A stretch of 64,000 nucleotides of DNA from Eledone cirrhosa (GCA_964016885.1 OZ024746.1:48422001-48486000), one strand, 5' to 3'. Positions 30,290 through 45,732 are shown, numbered from the stretch's first letter. The notes: a model not told the origin generated them from the letters alone. Numbers and translations: made by a program.

Positions 30290-30882
30290 TTTAGATAAGT
30301 TCTGTTTCTCTATTGCCGGGTTCAGGACTTGAACCTAGTGCAATAGAGGTTTTCATTGTAGAGAGAGAGAGAGCTTGTTTAAGAATGTGTACTTTTCCTA
30401 GTAGCCCGATCTTCTGTAGCTCATAATTGCTTATCTTGCAAGCAAGGACTCTAAGGTACAGGTCTGATTATTTGGGTATTAATCCTAATGCTCCTATTAC
30501 CACAGGGATAGTGTTGGTGGTCATGCTCAACATGTGGTTGATCTCTATTTCCAGGTCTTTGTATTTTGACAGTTTTTCCATTGTTTTTATAGATGTATTC
30601 TTGTTAGCTGGTACGGAAATATCTATAAGGCTATATGTCTGATCTGTTTTTTTTTTATGATGATATCTGGCCTGTTGGCAGCCATTTCTCGGTCAGTTCT
30701 CACAGGCTTATACCACAAGATGGATATGTTGCCCTTTTCCATGAATGTTTTTTGTTGATGTTCATACTATTTGTCAGAAGTTTAGATGTCATAAGAGCGT
30801 CAGAGCACCCAGTGCACATATTTGGCAATGCGGTTGTGTCTTTTAATATAGTCAGTATTTGCCAGATCTGGACACCCGGAGC
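30290..30882 (-). mobile_element. R4/Dong-like RLE non-LTR retrotransposon 3' fragment
   Basis: SGCPDLANTDYIKRHNRIAKYVHW...TDREMAANRPDII...IPVVIGALG with stops and frameshifts; TAA-rich tail at about 30240-30280. Confidence 0.8.
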
Positions 30883-32095
30883 ACTATAAAACACCAGTAA
30901 TACACTGAGCTCGATTTAATCGATTTTCTCCTCCCACATAATTGCTGGTCTTGTGCCTAAAGTAGAAATCATTATTATTATTTTTTTATTGTTAATATTC
31001 TTCTAGTTTATGTATTCGATGATGTGTTAGTTATTATTCACTCCAATATTTGACTACTACTTATTTCAGATTTAACATTTCTGTAGCTACATTCATTAGA
31101 GCGTTGGAAAAATGCTTCTCTTTCCCGCAAAACTGCTGGCCTAGCGCTAACATTAGAAACCATTACTTAAGCAAAAGCACTTTTCCAAAATTAAGATACT
31201 TTTTCTTGGTGTGGATAAACTTTAGATTGCCAAACAATAAATTTATGGCAGGTTATAAATGCATAAATAGATAAAATAAATAAAATGAATTAAGAACATT
31301 TTCAAAGCAATGACATTTCATTTATAGCAATTCAGGAAAAATAATACCTACAAAATTCTACATCATCTATAAAAGTTAAGAAAAAATAATTATAAATAAA
31401 CGATAAAAATAAACCAGCCTGCTGACAATATGATTAAAACTATCAAGAAACCACAAGAAAATGATGCCACAAGCAATGATTATGAAGTTTTTATTGTGGT
31501 TAAATATATATATTTCATTTTTAACAAAATCTGGATATCCGAATACAACAAATGATTTGTTTTCAACATAAATACATACTTCTTCAGAAAAGAAAAACAA
31601 AAACGAAAAAAAAACAAAACAAAAACAAATTAATATGAATTCTGCAGGTGTTGCATTTTTGATTGATACCTTTTTCTTGTTTTTTAATATTTTTGATCGG
31701 AGGTGAGAATGATAAAATTCAATTACAGAGAAGAATATTGATTTCATTTATTCCATGTATAGAAGAAAATTATTAGTATATTTCAGGACTTTCTCGAGTA
31801 TATTATTGTAGTATGTAAGCTAAATAACCTACGCTGAGCTTTCGAATGCAATCTGTGGTGCGGACTTGACACTCCACTTGAATTTATTGTTTGTTCTCTG
31901 ACTTGATACCTTATGTTATGAATTCCATACATCTGGAAACGATTTGCATAATACGCTAGAAAACAACAACAACAAATAAACAGTAAAACAATAAACACTT
32001 GAATGATAAACTTATAAAAAGATGATAGACCGACAACGTATTAGTGTAATTCATCTCCAGTCTACATGATATATAAATACACACACACACACGCA

Positions 32096-32253
<158 letters not shown>

Positions 32254-34150
32254 AAGAGCCTTGTAGTTTTAACAAATGTGTCTATTTTTACAACGAGGCT
32301 GTAAAAATAGACTACGTATACGCATATAAATTTATTTACAGCTTATCCTGAAGCACGATGTCTCTGTATTACTTATATATATATATATATACCAATTTTT
32401 ATTTTCTATAAAACAGGTGTTGGTTTCTTACTAAGACAAGAAATTTAGATAATAACAGCCTTAAAGTATCACGTGTCGACTGCTAGGAAAGTATTGCATA
32501 TTTACATTGTCTAAGATAGTCCACATATTTGATAGTACTGTTGACGTTGGCAATAGTATTGTTGTTCTCAGTGTCGGCCTTGATTGTAGAAACGAAATCC
32601 CATGTGGCGAAAAGTGCTTCCTTATTAACTGGCTTGAAAAGTGTTACGTCATTTAATAAAAAATACTCCTCTTACATCTATAACTAAAATATCTAGTCTT
32701 AGGTCAACCTAATTATATATGAAAACTTTCAAACATCCGTTTCAAACGGTGTTCTTTATCTTCAGATTTGTTGTTGGCATCGCTACTGTATATATTAGAA
32801 AAGTCACAGAAGTTATTTTAGTGACACCCGGCTATAGCTCACATGATCAATGAGATAACAAGTGTGCTGTTGATTGGCTGCACGTTGCATTACAGAGCGG
32901 ACACATAGTTACTTAGTGAGTTTTATGGCAGTGTTTATGTGTTGGTTACACTGAAACGGGACAGAATTCCGTTTCATTGCAATCTTCCATCTATGACAGT
33001 TATTAAATGTGCTATATGCAGAGGATTGCATAATTTCGGCAAATATTACGCAGTCTGGGCAGATTAGAACTCATCAGCAGAATGTCCGTGCAACAACATA
33101 TCGGTTTTTAAGATGTACACGACTAACGAGTCTGCTAGCTTCCCAGTAAACTACAGAAACTTCAGCAGCTTCACAACAATAACGAATCCATTAGTGTTCT
33201 CTTATATTAAAGGTTCATCAGCAAACGTTTACTGTAGTTTTCAAGTTGCTGAAGTTAAGAGACGTAAGGGCTTGCATAATGTAAATAAAGTATCACCAGC
33301 ATAACGAAATTTACATATCAATATGTATACGGAAAGTATATATAATGTGTTTAATAAATATATTTTACCTTGCTGTGAAAATATGATCATTAGGTAATCT
33401 CCAGGGAGTAGTTTGCATTATTGGCACCTTATTTATTAAAGCTAAGCCGCGAACGTGTGCTATTATGTAAACTCCGTTTGGCATGCCATAATTTTATTTA
33501 AATTTTCTATATGAAATTCACTACTTCCTTTTTTAAAGGTATGGTGAACAATCCCTGATGAATCTTTAATCAAAGAAGAAACTTTCTCAATACACGCTCA
33601 TTTCAGGTATATAAAGCTACTACAGTTTGTCCACGTGAAACTAAATATATGTTTATTGGCGCATTACATGTGATTTTTCTAATAGATATTTATTTATAGC
33701 TGAGCTGCATGGATAAAAAAATACGTATCCTAAACCGGGTGATGCATTGTGTCCTTAAGCAAGACACTTTATTTCATGCTGCTCCAGTTACCTCAGCTGT
33801 AGAAATGAGTTGCGACATAACTGGTGCCAAGTTGTTGCAACCTTTGCTTTTCTCTTGGACAACAACGATGGTGTGCTGTGCATCTGCTGGTCTTCCACAA
33901 AATCACCTTCCTCGGACATGTGCCTCGAAGGGGAACTTACAAAGTGCAAAACCCATGGCCATTCATGACTGAAGAGAGTCTTTACCTTTTACCCTTTACC
34001 CTTTACCTTACATATACATGTATGTATTTATGTATGCATGTATGTATGTATGTATGTATGTATTTATGTATGTATGTATTTATGTATGTATGTATTTATG
34101 TAAGTATATGTGTACAATATGTATGTATTATTGTATTAATATTGTATTAA

Positions 34151-34337
34151 GGGCGGTGGATTGGCAGTATCGGTAGAGGGTCCGACGCCATGCTTTCCAG
34201 CATAGTTACGTCCCTTTATGATCTGAGTTCAAATCCCGCCGAGGTTGACTTTGCCTTTCATCCTTACGGGGTCGATAAAATAAAGTACCAGTAATGCACT
34301 GGGTAATTGCTGGCCTTGTGCCTAAAGTAGAAACAAT
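34151..34337 (+). mobile_element. Young Nin/Deu-like tRNA-SINE
   Basis: Full head and central domain; ATTGTATTAA TSD; nearly identical to the 12.6, 18.5 and 26.8 kb copies. Confidence 0.85.
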
Positions 34338-34415
34338 TATTGTATTAATGTATTCATGTATGTTTGTTTGTATGCATGTATATGTGTATGTCTGGATATA
34401 TATATATATATATAC

Positions 34416-35199
34416 AGTATTTTCCGTTGTGTTGTAATATAAATATTACACACAGTAGATTATCAGCTCACGTAGAGTTTGCTCGACGGTTCCAGTTGTA
34501 GTTCCAAAAGTAATCCGGAGAAAAATAGAAAGATTTGAATGGATACAGTTTAGTTGAAAGGAATTTATTGACACGTGTTTCTATAACAGTTACATAACCT
34601 AAAACAGCTGCTATCTACAAACTTTTAGTTATGCAGACATTCAATATTTCAATGTTATTATTTACTGTCATTTCATCAGAATAATATTACTGAGGACCTA
34701 TTTAGTTTTTATAGAGAATATTAGGAGGGAGGGGTGAAGTTGTTAGAAGAATAGTTGAAGGAGTGGTTTTTCGATAGCAGTGAGAATTCTTGGTGGCAGT
34801 GAGTAATTAGATTCCCATCTGTTGTTTTGACATTTTTTATAGAATATATTATTGGTTATTTTTCTAAATCTATAGAAGGATTAGAGATAGTAAAGATATG
34901 CGTGGTTGGTTTTGTGTTTGCACTTAATTAACATTCAGACTTAAATTCTCACTGCTATCGAAAAACCACTCCTTCAACTATTCTTCTAACAACTTCACCC
35001 CTCCCTCCTAATATTCTCTATAAAAACTAAATAGGTCCTCAGTAATATTATTCTGATGAAATGACAGTAAATAATAACATTGAAATATTGAATGTCTGCA
35101 TAACTAAAAGTTTGTAGATAGCAGCTGTTTTAGGTTATGTAACTGTTATAGAAACACGTGTCAATAAATTCCTTTCAACTAAACTGTATCCATTCAAAT

Positions 35200-35203
<4 letters not shown>
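34416..35203 (-). mobile_element. PLE-type mini-element: 260-bp inverted arms, 155-bp spacer and about 110-nt tail
   Basis: Arms 34529-34788 and 34944-35203; (TA)n on both sides. Confidence 0.85.
35048..35167 (+). ncRNA. Type I hammerhead with an approximately 70-nt stem II extension; mirror copy on the minus strand
   Basis: TTATT-CTGATGA-aATGACAGT...ACTGTTATa-GAAA-CACGTG-TC-AATAA. Confidence 0.8.
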
Positions 35204-35297
<94 letters not shown>

Positions 35298-35440
35298 ATG
35301 TATATACTACGGTTTTGTGTGAATATATGTATTTATATGTGTATGTATGTATGCAATGTTTCATTTGGATAGATAGGTAGGTAGATATATAGATAGATAG
35401 ACAGACATATAGGTAGATAGATCGATAGACAGACAGATAT

Positions 35441-35488
<48 letters not shown>

Positions 35489-35749
35489 AGAGGTAGTCTT
35501 CTTTTGTATTATGTAGGTTAGGGCATATTGATATATTGTTCATAGAAACTTTCTTTTTTCCGCGTCAGTTGTGATAACAGGAAAGTTAAGCTTTCGCTGC
35601 AATATTATTCAATGAGGACGTTTTCGTGTCATCTCTCCGGAAATAAATCTAAATTTAATAAATAGGTGGTGCATTGCTGTTGTCAGAGATGAAATTCTAC
35701 CGAAGATAAACGAGAGGGTTGGTTATCAAAGGAGGGTGGTAGAGAATAG

Positions 35750-36050
35750 AAGTAGATAGATAGAGAGAGAGAGGGGAGAGAGGAGTGGAGTGAAGAGAGA
35801 GGGGGGGGAGAAAGAGAGAGGAGAGTGAAAGGGAGAGAGATAAGGAGGGGGAGAAAGAGAGGGGAGAGAGAAAGGGAGATGAGAGAGAGAGGAGGGGGAG
35901 AGAGAAAGAGAGAGGAGAGAGAAATGGAGAGAAAAGGGGAAGGGAGAGAGAGAAAGGCACAGAGAAATGGGGAGAGAAAGGGAGAGGAGAGAGAGGAGGA
36001 GATAGAGAGAAAGAAAGAGGAGAGAGAAGGAAGGGGAGAGAGAAAGAAAG
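35750..36050. repeat. Degenerate GA-rich polypurine tract
   Basis: Direct inspection. Confidence 0.9.
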
Positions 36051-37172
36051 TGCAACAGAATAAGATATACGGATAGTGGGATGGATAGATGAGGCGAGAT
36101 ACAGTAAGAATGAGAAAGTAAGTAAATTGAGAAGCACGAGGACGTACGTTAGAACGGGAACGATAGATTAACGATTGAATCTACCACAGTACACACATTC
36201 ACTAACACGCATTTATACACAGATTTACGCCTACACACAGACTGATATACACAAACACACACACACATCTATACATATATGAATATATGGTAAACTGAAT
36301 CTATTATCCCATGGAAATAGTGCTGGTCTGTATCGGATCTATTATTAGTTCATAGAAGCGTATTAAGAAAAGTTCAATAACCTCAGTTGCCGTAAAATGT
36401 ATTCTTATATTTATATAGAGTATTGCGTCTTTTCTGAGAATATAGAAGTAAAAATTATATCCATATACAGAATAGACTCAATGCTACGATAGATTACAGA
36501 AGCGACAAACATAAACGAACTCCAACCAAAATTAAATAGAAAACACGAGTGGTATAGCAACAACATCACAACTAATAATTAAGGACAAGCTAAAGACATA
36601 CAGAGACACACAAAAACCAAACAAATAAAACAAACCAGACACACCCACACAGATAGAACAAGCAAAAACTAATAACTATTAAATAAACATATGAGTAAAT
36701 AAATGAAGAAAAATACATATGCTCCCGAATATAACGTATGCGCACACCAAGTACAGGGCACACAACACAAAAACAAGATGGTGTAGGACAGAACAAAGGA
36801 GAGACGTAAAATAAAAAACCAGTCACGGAGGAGATCATGAGTGACGAAAGAACTTCGACAATAAATAAAAAAACATCCCGTTATTGAACCAGCCAGCCAG
36901 AAATTTATAATGAATTGAAGTAAAGGCGAACAGGTGCATGTGTTTTTATTGGCAGCATGATCCTCTCAAAGAATATATTTGTCGGGTACCGACTCCTTCA
37001 AATATCTATATCATAATATAGAATAGAATTAGGATTTAGCTTCAAGCATAGCTGTATACAGATATATATAGAATTTTCGTATTTCTAGAGAAACACGGTA
37101 AGTTTACAAGTGAACATTTAAAAAGCCGTAGCTATGAAAACATATCATGTATATGTATATGTACACACTCAA

Positions 37173-37291
<119 letters not shown>

Positions 37292-38061
37292 ATACAATAA
37301 CAGAGATAGTTTAAAGCTAAACTCTGACTGGTAACCATCTCACTCAACAAACATTAGGTTATATTAAAATATAAACCCAATTTAAGTGTTTGGGGTGCTA
37401 ACAAAATGTATAATGTGGAAAAAACCAGTTGTATTATTTTATGAGAAATAATTAAAGTTAAAGTATATCTCTCTTTCCAAACAATTGTTTCATTATAAGT
37501 TTTCTACAAGTTTGGGAGAATGTTTCCAGTTTATGTAGAAGCCTAATATATATTCATGTAAGAATATATTTAGGTGGGCACTTATAAATCGTCAGTGGAA
37601 GCCCATTAAATTTCTTACCGCTGTCAAAAGTCATGTCCGTAAAGTAGCTCTCTCTCACCTCGAATGACCGCCAAATTTGAAATTCCAGCAGTTTTTGACT
37701 GAGGAAGTATCATAGCGACACGAAGCGGGAAGGGGAGACAACCCACGAAATGAGGAAAAAAATAATATACACGCGGGTTAAATAGTTTTTTTGAAAACAT
37801 TATCAATCCGACGTGTTTAAGAACTCAATTGAAAATAAAAAAATAAATATATGCATATAGATATTTTCTTAGGCTATATATATATATATATATACGCGAT
37901 TCACTTGTCCCAATAGCTTATTTTAGTTATTGCTCGCACCAACCTGAGGTATATGATCTTTAATGCGATGAAATACCAATGATGGTTGGCAAATCACTGA
38001 TGAGGGACTAATTTTATAATATGTAACCCATGTGCAACCACGCAGTTTTCCTCTTTCTTCC

Positions 38062-38141
<80 letters not shown>

Positions 38142-38149
<8 letters not shown>

Positions 38150-38592
38150 AGATCAAAAGATGGTTAAAAGAGTTCTAAGTATTTTATTATGCGCATTTCA
38201 AAAACAAATATCATCTTGGGATGATATCTGCGTTCTTATCAGATAAAATAGGGAGACATGATATGAAGCTTAAAAAACACTTGTGAGCAGTTAAGTTTTA
38301 AATCAACATATAGCAAAACACCACCAACAACATATATGATATGTTGATTTAAAACTTCACTGCTCACAAGTGTTTTTTAAGCTTCATATCATGTCTCCTT
38401 ATTTTATCTGATGAGAACGCAGATATCATCCTACGATGATATTTGTTTTTGAAATGCGCATAATAAAATACTTGGAACTCTTTTAACCATCTTTTGATCT
38501 TATATTATTTATACTCCAGTCCTATAAACTGTAGAGTGCTACTTACCCGATATTTGCATTGCTTTATTGAGCTACAATAAAACTCACCTCCT
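38142..38592 (+). mobile_element. PLE-type mini-element: about 170-bp inverted arms plus about 85-nt tail
   Basis: Arms about 38142-38311 and 38338-38508; follows (TA)n. Confidence 0.85.
38401..38469 (+). ncRNA. Type I hammerhead ribozyme
   Basis: ATTTTAT-CTGATGA-long stem II (CAGATATCATC ctac GATGATATTTG)-GAAA-TGCGCA-TA-ATAAAAT. Confidence 0.85.
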
Positions 38593-38687
38593 ACACATAC
38601 ATAAATATATATAGGAAGGGAGGGGGGTGTACTAAATTAGCTTCAAGGACAATAACAAATCGAACAAAACATAAAACAGAAAAAAGG

Positions 38688-38810
<123 letters not shown>

Positions 38811-38861
38811 AACATACATATATATATATACATATATATATACGTATGTATTCATACATAC

Positions 38862-38910
<49 letters not shown>

Positions 38911-38940
38911 AATGGAAACTATATTTATAAAACCATATTT

Positions 38941-39005
38941 ATTTCATTATACATATTTCAAGGGCCACCAAAGCAAACTATGGTGCGCTTTCATCAGTTG
39001 AAATA
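38941..39005 (-). ncRNA. Hammerhead-like motif in an older mini-element (38909-39079)
   Basis: Minus strand CTGATGA-AAG..CACCA...TGGTG..CTT-GAAA-TATG-TA; stem I imperfect. Confidence 0.55.
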
Positions 39006-39076
39006 TAATATAGGTTAGTTTTATAAATAAATATTGACATACCCTGAAAAAATGCAACCATTCTGGTTGGAATCTC

Positions 39077-39115
<39 letters not shown>

Positions 39116-39122
39116 GTATGTA

Positions 39123-39235
<113 letters not shown>

Positions 39236-40359
39236 ACAATTACTTCGTAGAATGCAAATTTAGCAATTTGCCACCTTGTTTCGTTTATTCCTTACCATTT
39301 CTTTCAAAACCATCGATCGATAATTGTCTACCCAATCAAAATGAATCAATCGAATAATCTTGCACTGTGTCTCAAAAACATCAAGACAACTCAAATATTC
39401 CCTATGAAGACAGCTCTTTTAAAATTCAGATTTAAATTGAAGCTTTGCCTCCGAAATTCTGTAAAAGGACGCCAGTAGGACATTGTCCTAATACAACAAA
39501 TTCTACAAATGTAAAGATATCACTTATAAAAACGAATTATTACTTTCTGTTGTATGTATGTGTGCAAACTCCACCCCGATAGCAACGAGTAATGAGTCTC
39601 AATCGATACAGACACTTGTAAGGCTTGAATTTAGAATATAAAGGGAGAGAATTAGATACGGCATAGTATTTTATTCGGGTTCTGTAAGTTCTGTACATTT
39701 TAATTAGCAAAAATATTCTTGGGCGTTGATAATTAGAATAAATTTATAAGTCATGTTTAGACATAAGTTATCTCCGAGAAAGCAATCCTCAAATGATTCT
39801 ATAACCAAAGGAATGCTATGTAATTTTCTTTATCTTTACGGAAAGAGAATGTTGAAGAATTTTGTTTAATATTCGCGTTATCTTGTGTTTCTGTTTAACA
39901 TTGTTAGTTAAGAATCAGTTTGTTTACTATCGTTGCTAATCAACACATTTCCTCCAGGATGTCCTCTTTTATCAAATACGTCAAGGGATGTATGCATGCT
40001 GGACGTTTTATTTCTACACATAATATATACAATCTAAACAGGCGAAAGGCATTTTATGTATAACTTTTGTGTTGAAATTCTTTGAAACTTTCCTAAACAT
40101 ACAGCCTGGTTTCTAAGAAGCAACAACATTAAACAACTCCACTCTCATATCAAATATGCAGAATACGTACTAGATGGTTTTTTCTTCGTTCAAAAATTCA
40201 GGTTTTTCAACACTGCATGCATGTACATTACGGTTATTTGATAAGAAATTAATATAACTTCTTCCTACAAAAAGAAATTAGTTTTTAATGATGAAATAAA
40301 GGTCAACCACAGGGATTTAGATAGCAACAAAGGTGCTGAACTTTAGAAGAGAAGTCTAT

Positions 40360-43300
40360 TTTACTGTGCCACCTACATAATGCATTTATAAAATGTGGGT
40401 TTTCTGGTTAATTTCGTTGCGGTATGTATAACCCGTAGCTCCAATAATGATGGGTATGAAGCTGAAGATGTATCTTGGATACTGGATTTGTAAACTCCTC
40501 ATCAATGGTCCGTAGATGTCCTCCTTCACTGTATTTTTCTGACAACGTTTACATCAAGTGGGCAGCTGATCTCCACAACAGAACACGTTTTCAATGTGTG
40601 GTCCCAAACAACAATATCAGGCCGGTTGTGCTTTAATTTGGTGTCAGTTTTTATTTTCAGGTTCCACCAGTATTCCTTAGTGCCATCTGTCTCAATATAT
40701 TCTTCCTCGTTTGTTGTTAATTTTGTTTTCCGAACTGCGTTCCACATGGTTCTAGCTATCCCATCGTGTCTCATGGGGAGGTAGTAGCGAGATGACATTC
40801 TTTCGCAGCTGGCAACAATGTGGCTTACATCCTCGATCTTTGTTTTACATAGCCTACATTTATTGTCAGCTGATGGCCCTCCCCTTTTGTGCAGCAGATA
40901 TTTGGTAGGGAGGTCTTGTTCCTGTATTGCATAGAGATATCCCTCAAGGTGTGATGTCATAAACTTGTCGGAACTCCATGCCAGGCTTTTTGTGTGGTTT
41001 ATCCCCTCTATGGTCTGTGTTTTACGTCTCAAGTATCTATGCATAACTTTTTCTGTAAATTGGTCAATTTTTTCATCTTGTTTGAACATTGAATAGGATC
41101 TTCCGATTTCTCTGGGTGAGAGATTTATATCAGGCTTTATTCCATATCTCTCCTCCAGATCAGTGGCTATTCTAATGATTTTTTTTTCATGCTCATAAAC
41201 CTGGGCAAGATGGTTGCCAACCTTTTTCCTCTGTTGAAGATGTTGCTTCAGTGTTACTATCCGGGTCTCATATGATGTTAATATGGATTTTAGACCCCGG
41301 TCACCTTCCTTGCGTGAGAAGTATAGCCTATCCACATCACCATTGATGTTAAAGTTCCCAGTAACACTGAGAAATTTGCGAGTTCTAACATCCATCTCAC
41401 TTAGTTCTTGCAATGACCAGTTCAGCAGGCCAAATGTTGGCGTTAGAATTGGCACAGCATAAGTATTGTGGGCAATGTATTTGTTGTACGCTGACAGTTC
41501 TGATGACCATATTTTCTTTACTCTTCTGAGGTATTCAGTTCTGGTTCTCTCCTTATTTATGGGTCCATCATATCTGACATTCTCATCCTGTCCAAGATAT
41601 CTGTAGTTGTCACCTGACTGTAGAGTTGTATTGTCAGGCCGTTCATCTCTATATTTCTAGAGGAGGGCACAGCTCTTCCACGTTTTACTGCCAAATATGC
41701 ACACTTGGACTCACCAAATTTCATTTTGATGTCTGTTGAAAATTGTGTAATGAGGTCCAATTGTTTCTTGATGTCATTGATATTTGGCCCATACAACTTC
41801 AGGTCATCAACAAAGAAAAGATGGGAGATACTTCTGGACCCACTTCTTTGTCGATCTTGTTTCCTGAGTAGGTAAGATAGTGGATTTAGTGAGAGAACGA
41901 AGAGTAGCACTAACAAGCTATCACCTTGAAAGATGCCCTTCTGGTAATGTATCTTATCAGTCTTAACTTGCTCCTTCTCACCCTTAAGGATCAAATTGGT
42001 GTACCTGTTCTTGGTCAGACGTTCAACAGCAGCTACCAGTGGTTGTGGGACTTTGGCTAACTGTAAAGTCTTAACAATCCACCCATGAGGTACACTATCA
42101 AATGCTTTTTGATAGTCCAGCCACACCATAGTTATGTTTCTGCGATTCTTTGTTGTTTTTCTTGAACCATTTTATTAGTTAGTAGGTGATCTATGCGACC
42201 CCACACCTCCCTCTTTCCACCAGCTTGCTCAGGTGTTATGATGTTGTTGGTAGCACAGTGATTCTGTAAGAACAGGTTAAGGCACCCAGTATATAATTTA
42301 TACATGATGTCTTGGCAGACTATTGGGTGGTAATTTTTAGCAAGGATGGTTTGGCTATTTTTGGGAATGAGGAGAGTAGTGGCAGTTGATAACCATCTGG
42401 GCAGTTCTTGTGTGCCTTTAATGGTTTCTGTAAACAACCGTATGAGATCTTGCCGATAGAAAGTGAAATTCTTCAACCAGTATCCTGTAATGAGGTCTGG
42501 GCCTGGTGATTTCCTATTCGACATTTTCTGTAGATCTGTTTCCATATTGTTTTGTCTGGACATGTTGGCAGTAGTCCTGTTCCAGTTCTTTTAGTCAATT
42601 AGTTTGTCTGTTGAATCCGTCATCCGTTTCCCATACAGATCTCCAGTAGCTCTCAACCTGTTCTTTTGAAGGAGTGTCATTTACAGAGATTGAGCTTTTG
42701 CCACCGAAGCTGCGATAAACTGATTTAGGATCTCTGGCAAACAATCTATTTAGCACTTGTCGTTTATGTGCTGTTGACTTATATTTTAGTCTTTCTGTTG
42801 TAGCTGTGAGTTGTTGTTTCAACTGGTGTAATTTGGAGTTTAAAGTTTTAAATTTTGTATCTCCAAATCGTCTCTCTAACTTTTTTTTAGGTCTTCCTGG
42901 TGTCGTGTGAAGTTGCTCTCTATGTTGCATTTCATAACGACTGCGATGTGTGAGATACTTCGTCTCAGGGATAAAATTTTGCTTTTTAAATTTCGCATCC
43001 ACGCTGGTTCAGGCTTTTTGTTTGTATCTTGATTGCGTGGTTTTAGATGTTTGTTATATGATAGCAATGTGACAGCTGAAATATATAACAAAATGTTAAG
43101 CGTTTTAAATGTCGTTTCTACACCTTTAGATCGTATAGCCTTCAGATAATTGTCAGCTATTTCATTCACCGCTTCCAATTCCAATTTAGTGGGTTCTTTA
43201 CCGATTCTGGTGTTGTATGGTCTGTCACTCACATTAAGGCTGTGTATCTCTTGAAACATTTCGTCCCATATCACTTGTAAGGTGTCTACAAGTTTTTGGT

Positions 43301-43765
43301 GTTCTGCTTGTAAAGTAGAGTCATGAATTTCAGCCTCGTTGTTGATGTGGTGACAATTACTACTAGAGTTAGCTGACCATTCTCGCTGTTCTTCAGTGGA
43401 AGTGGGATGGATTTCTGCAAAATAGTTGGTGAGCTGTTCACTGTTAGATTTAGCTGGCGATTCTCTTTGTCTGTCAGTGGAGGTGGGGTGGTTGTCTACA
43501 AGGGCTGTATTTGTAGTATCACTCAATTCCGTTAGATGTATCAATTTACATCTAATGGTTTTGCCTGTTCATTTAAATGCTTTGGAGAAAAGCCTAATTC
43601 TGGGTGTTTGGAGTTCCATAAAGATTTTAGCCTTTGCATAAAACCGAACTTTTGGGGTTCAGATTGTTTGTATGCTTCATATAATTCTTTGTTAAGCTCG
43701 TAGCTCCACTGTATACAACGGTTGTAGTTGCGATTTGGTCGAAGGAGACTTGTACGTTTTGCCAT
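40360..43765 (-). pseudogene. R4/Dong-like RLE non-LTR retrotransposon, near-full-length ORF broken by frameshifts and stops
   Basis: KSPGPD, WLDYQKAFDSVPH, GIFQGDS, FVDDLKLY (RT); CRLC..EDVSHIVASC knuckle; RHD; NRPDIVVWD...VEISCP (restriction-like endonuclease); IPIIIGATG. Confidence 0.92.
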
Positions 43766-45683
43766 GATGAGTTCGTCTATTTACTAATATTTTGTATTTA
43801 TTTTTCAAAATGTCGATGATCTTCTTTAAAAGTTTCGACAAAGTTCTGTCAGAATCAAATTTAAAGTTATTCACAGCTTGGGTAATATTTCTTTTCAGTT
43901 AGTTTTTAATTCTACAACTGTGTTTTAAACGTTGTTCTTGAATCGTTTGAATCGAGAACAAAAAAAACCCATTACTTAGTATATTTCTTTATGAATGTAA
44001 TATAATATAACAACGCTGTATTTATATGTTAAAGTTCATGTATCATTCATATAAATAGATGTTCTACAACATATTCACAGTTCAAACACTTATGTTTTTG
44101 TTTCTGAATCGAAAACGTTACTTGCATATTTCTTTACAAATGTAATATAACAACGTTGCATTTATATGTTAAAGTGTATGTATCGTTCATATATCATAAG
44201 TGTATGTGTCGTTCATATAAATAGGTGTTTTACAACACACTTACAGTTCAAACACTTATGTAGAATTATTGTATGTAATCTTACCGCGTAATGTAGCTCA
44301 ACTTTTTCCAATATATGGTATGTTGCCTTCATGTAAGCCGTAATAACGCACGTCCGATTATCGGACACTGACCAAAACGGTCGCCATTGTATGTATGTAT
44401 GTATGTATGCATGTATGTATGCATGTATGCATATATGTATGCATGTATGTATGCATGTATGCATATATGTATGCATGTATGTATGTATGCATGTATGCAT
44501 GTATGTAAGCATGTATGCATGCATATGTGTATGTATGAATGTATGTATGTATAGAGAAGGCGCGTGGCTTTGTAGTTATGGTATTCGGCTCACAATCGCA
44601 GATTCGAGAGTTCTATTCCCGGCGGCGCGTTGTGTCCTTGAGCAAGACACTTTATTTCACGTTGCTTCAGTCCATGAGTTGTACCTGTAATTCGAAGGGT
44701 CAGCCTTGCCACAATCTATGTCATGCCGAACCTCCCTGAGAACTATCGTAAAGGTACACGTGTCTGCGGAATGCTCAGCCACTTGTACGTTAATTTCACG
44801 AGTAGGCCGTTCCGTTGATCGAATCAACTGAATCACTCGTCGTCGAAACCGACGAAGTGCCTCCGTTCAATGTATGTATTCATGTATTTAAGTATATATA
44901 TGTATGCATACATGTTCAGATGGGTTATGCATTAGTATCGATGTGTTCATACTTGTGTCTGTCTGTACGTAAATACATTTTAGTGAATACGAGCTTCTTA
45001 GTGCATGTGTGTGTGTGTGTGTGTGCAGGTGTGCATGTATGTGTATGTGTGTATGTGTATGTGCACATGTGCGTGTATCTGTATGTGTGTGTGTGTATGT
45101 GCACATGTGCGTGTATGTGTATGTGTGTATGTGCCCGTGTGCGTGTATGTGTATGTGTGTGTATGTGTGTGTATGTGCACATGTGCGTGTATGTGTATGG
45201 GTGTATGTGCCCGTGTGCGTGTATGTGTATGTGTGCGTGTGCGCGCATGGGCGTGTGTGTATGTGTGTATGTGTGTATGTCCACGTGTGCGTGTATGTGT
45301 GAACGTGTTTGTGTGTATATATGTGATCTAAATAACAGGAGTACGATACCTAGTTTAATCTTCATAAATAATTGGAAACATTTTAAGGAAAGTCTGTTCT
45401 GCAAATAATATATTTATAGATTCGCAGTTTATTTTCTTTTTACTGAATATTGAATTTTATTTAAATTTCTAACTTCTGTTTTAAAATTATAAGCTCTTAT
45501 CCTTCATTTTGTTTAATATTATCCATATTGTGTCAGAGAAAAATAGTTTTCCACTTATCTTTCTTTCTTTTCTTCTTTCTTTCTTATCTTCTTTATTTCT
45601 TTTCTTTTCTTTCTTTCTTTCTTTCTCTTTTTCTCTCTTTCTTTCTATTGTAGTTGCTGTTGTTTAGCTTTTGTTTATGTTGA

Positions 45684-45732
<49 letters not shown>

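Noticed and set aside
37985-38045. CTGATGA-GGG...CCC as a hammerhead
   Set aside because: No GAAA or stem III follows.
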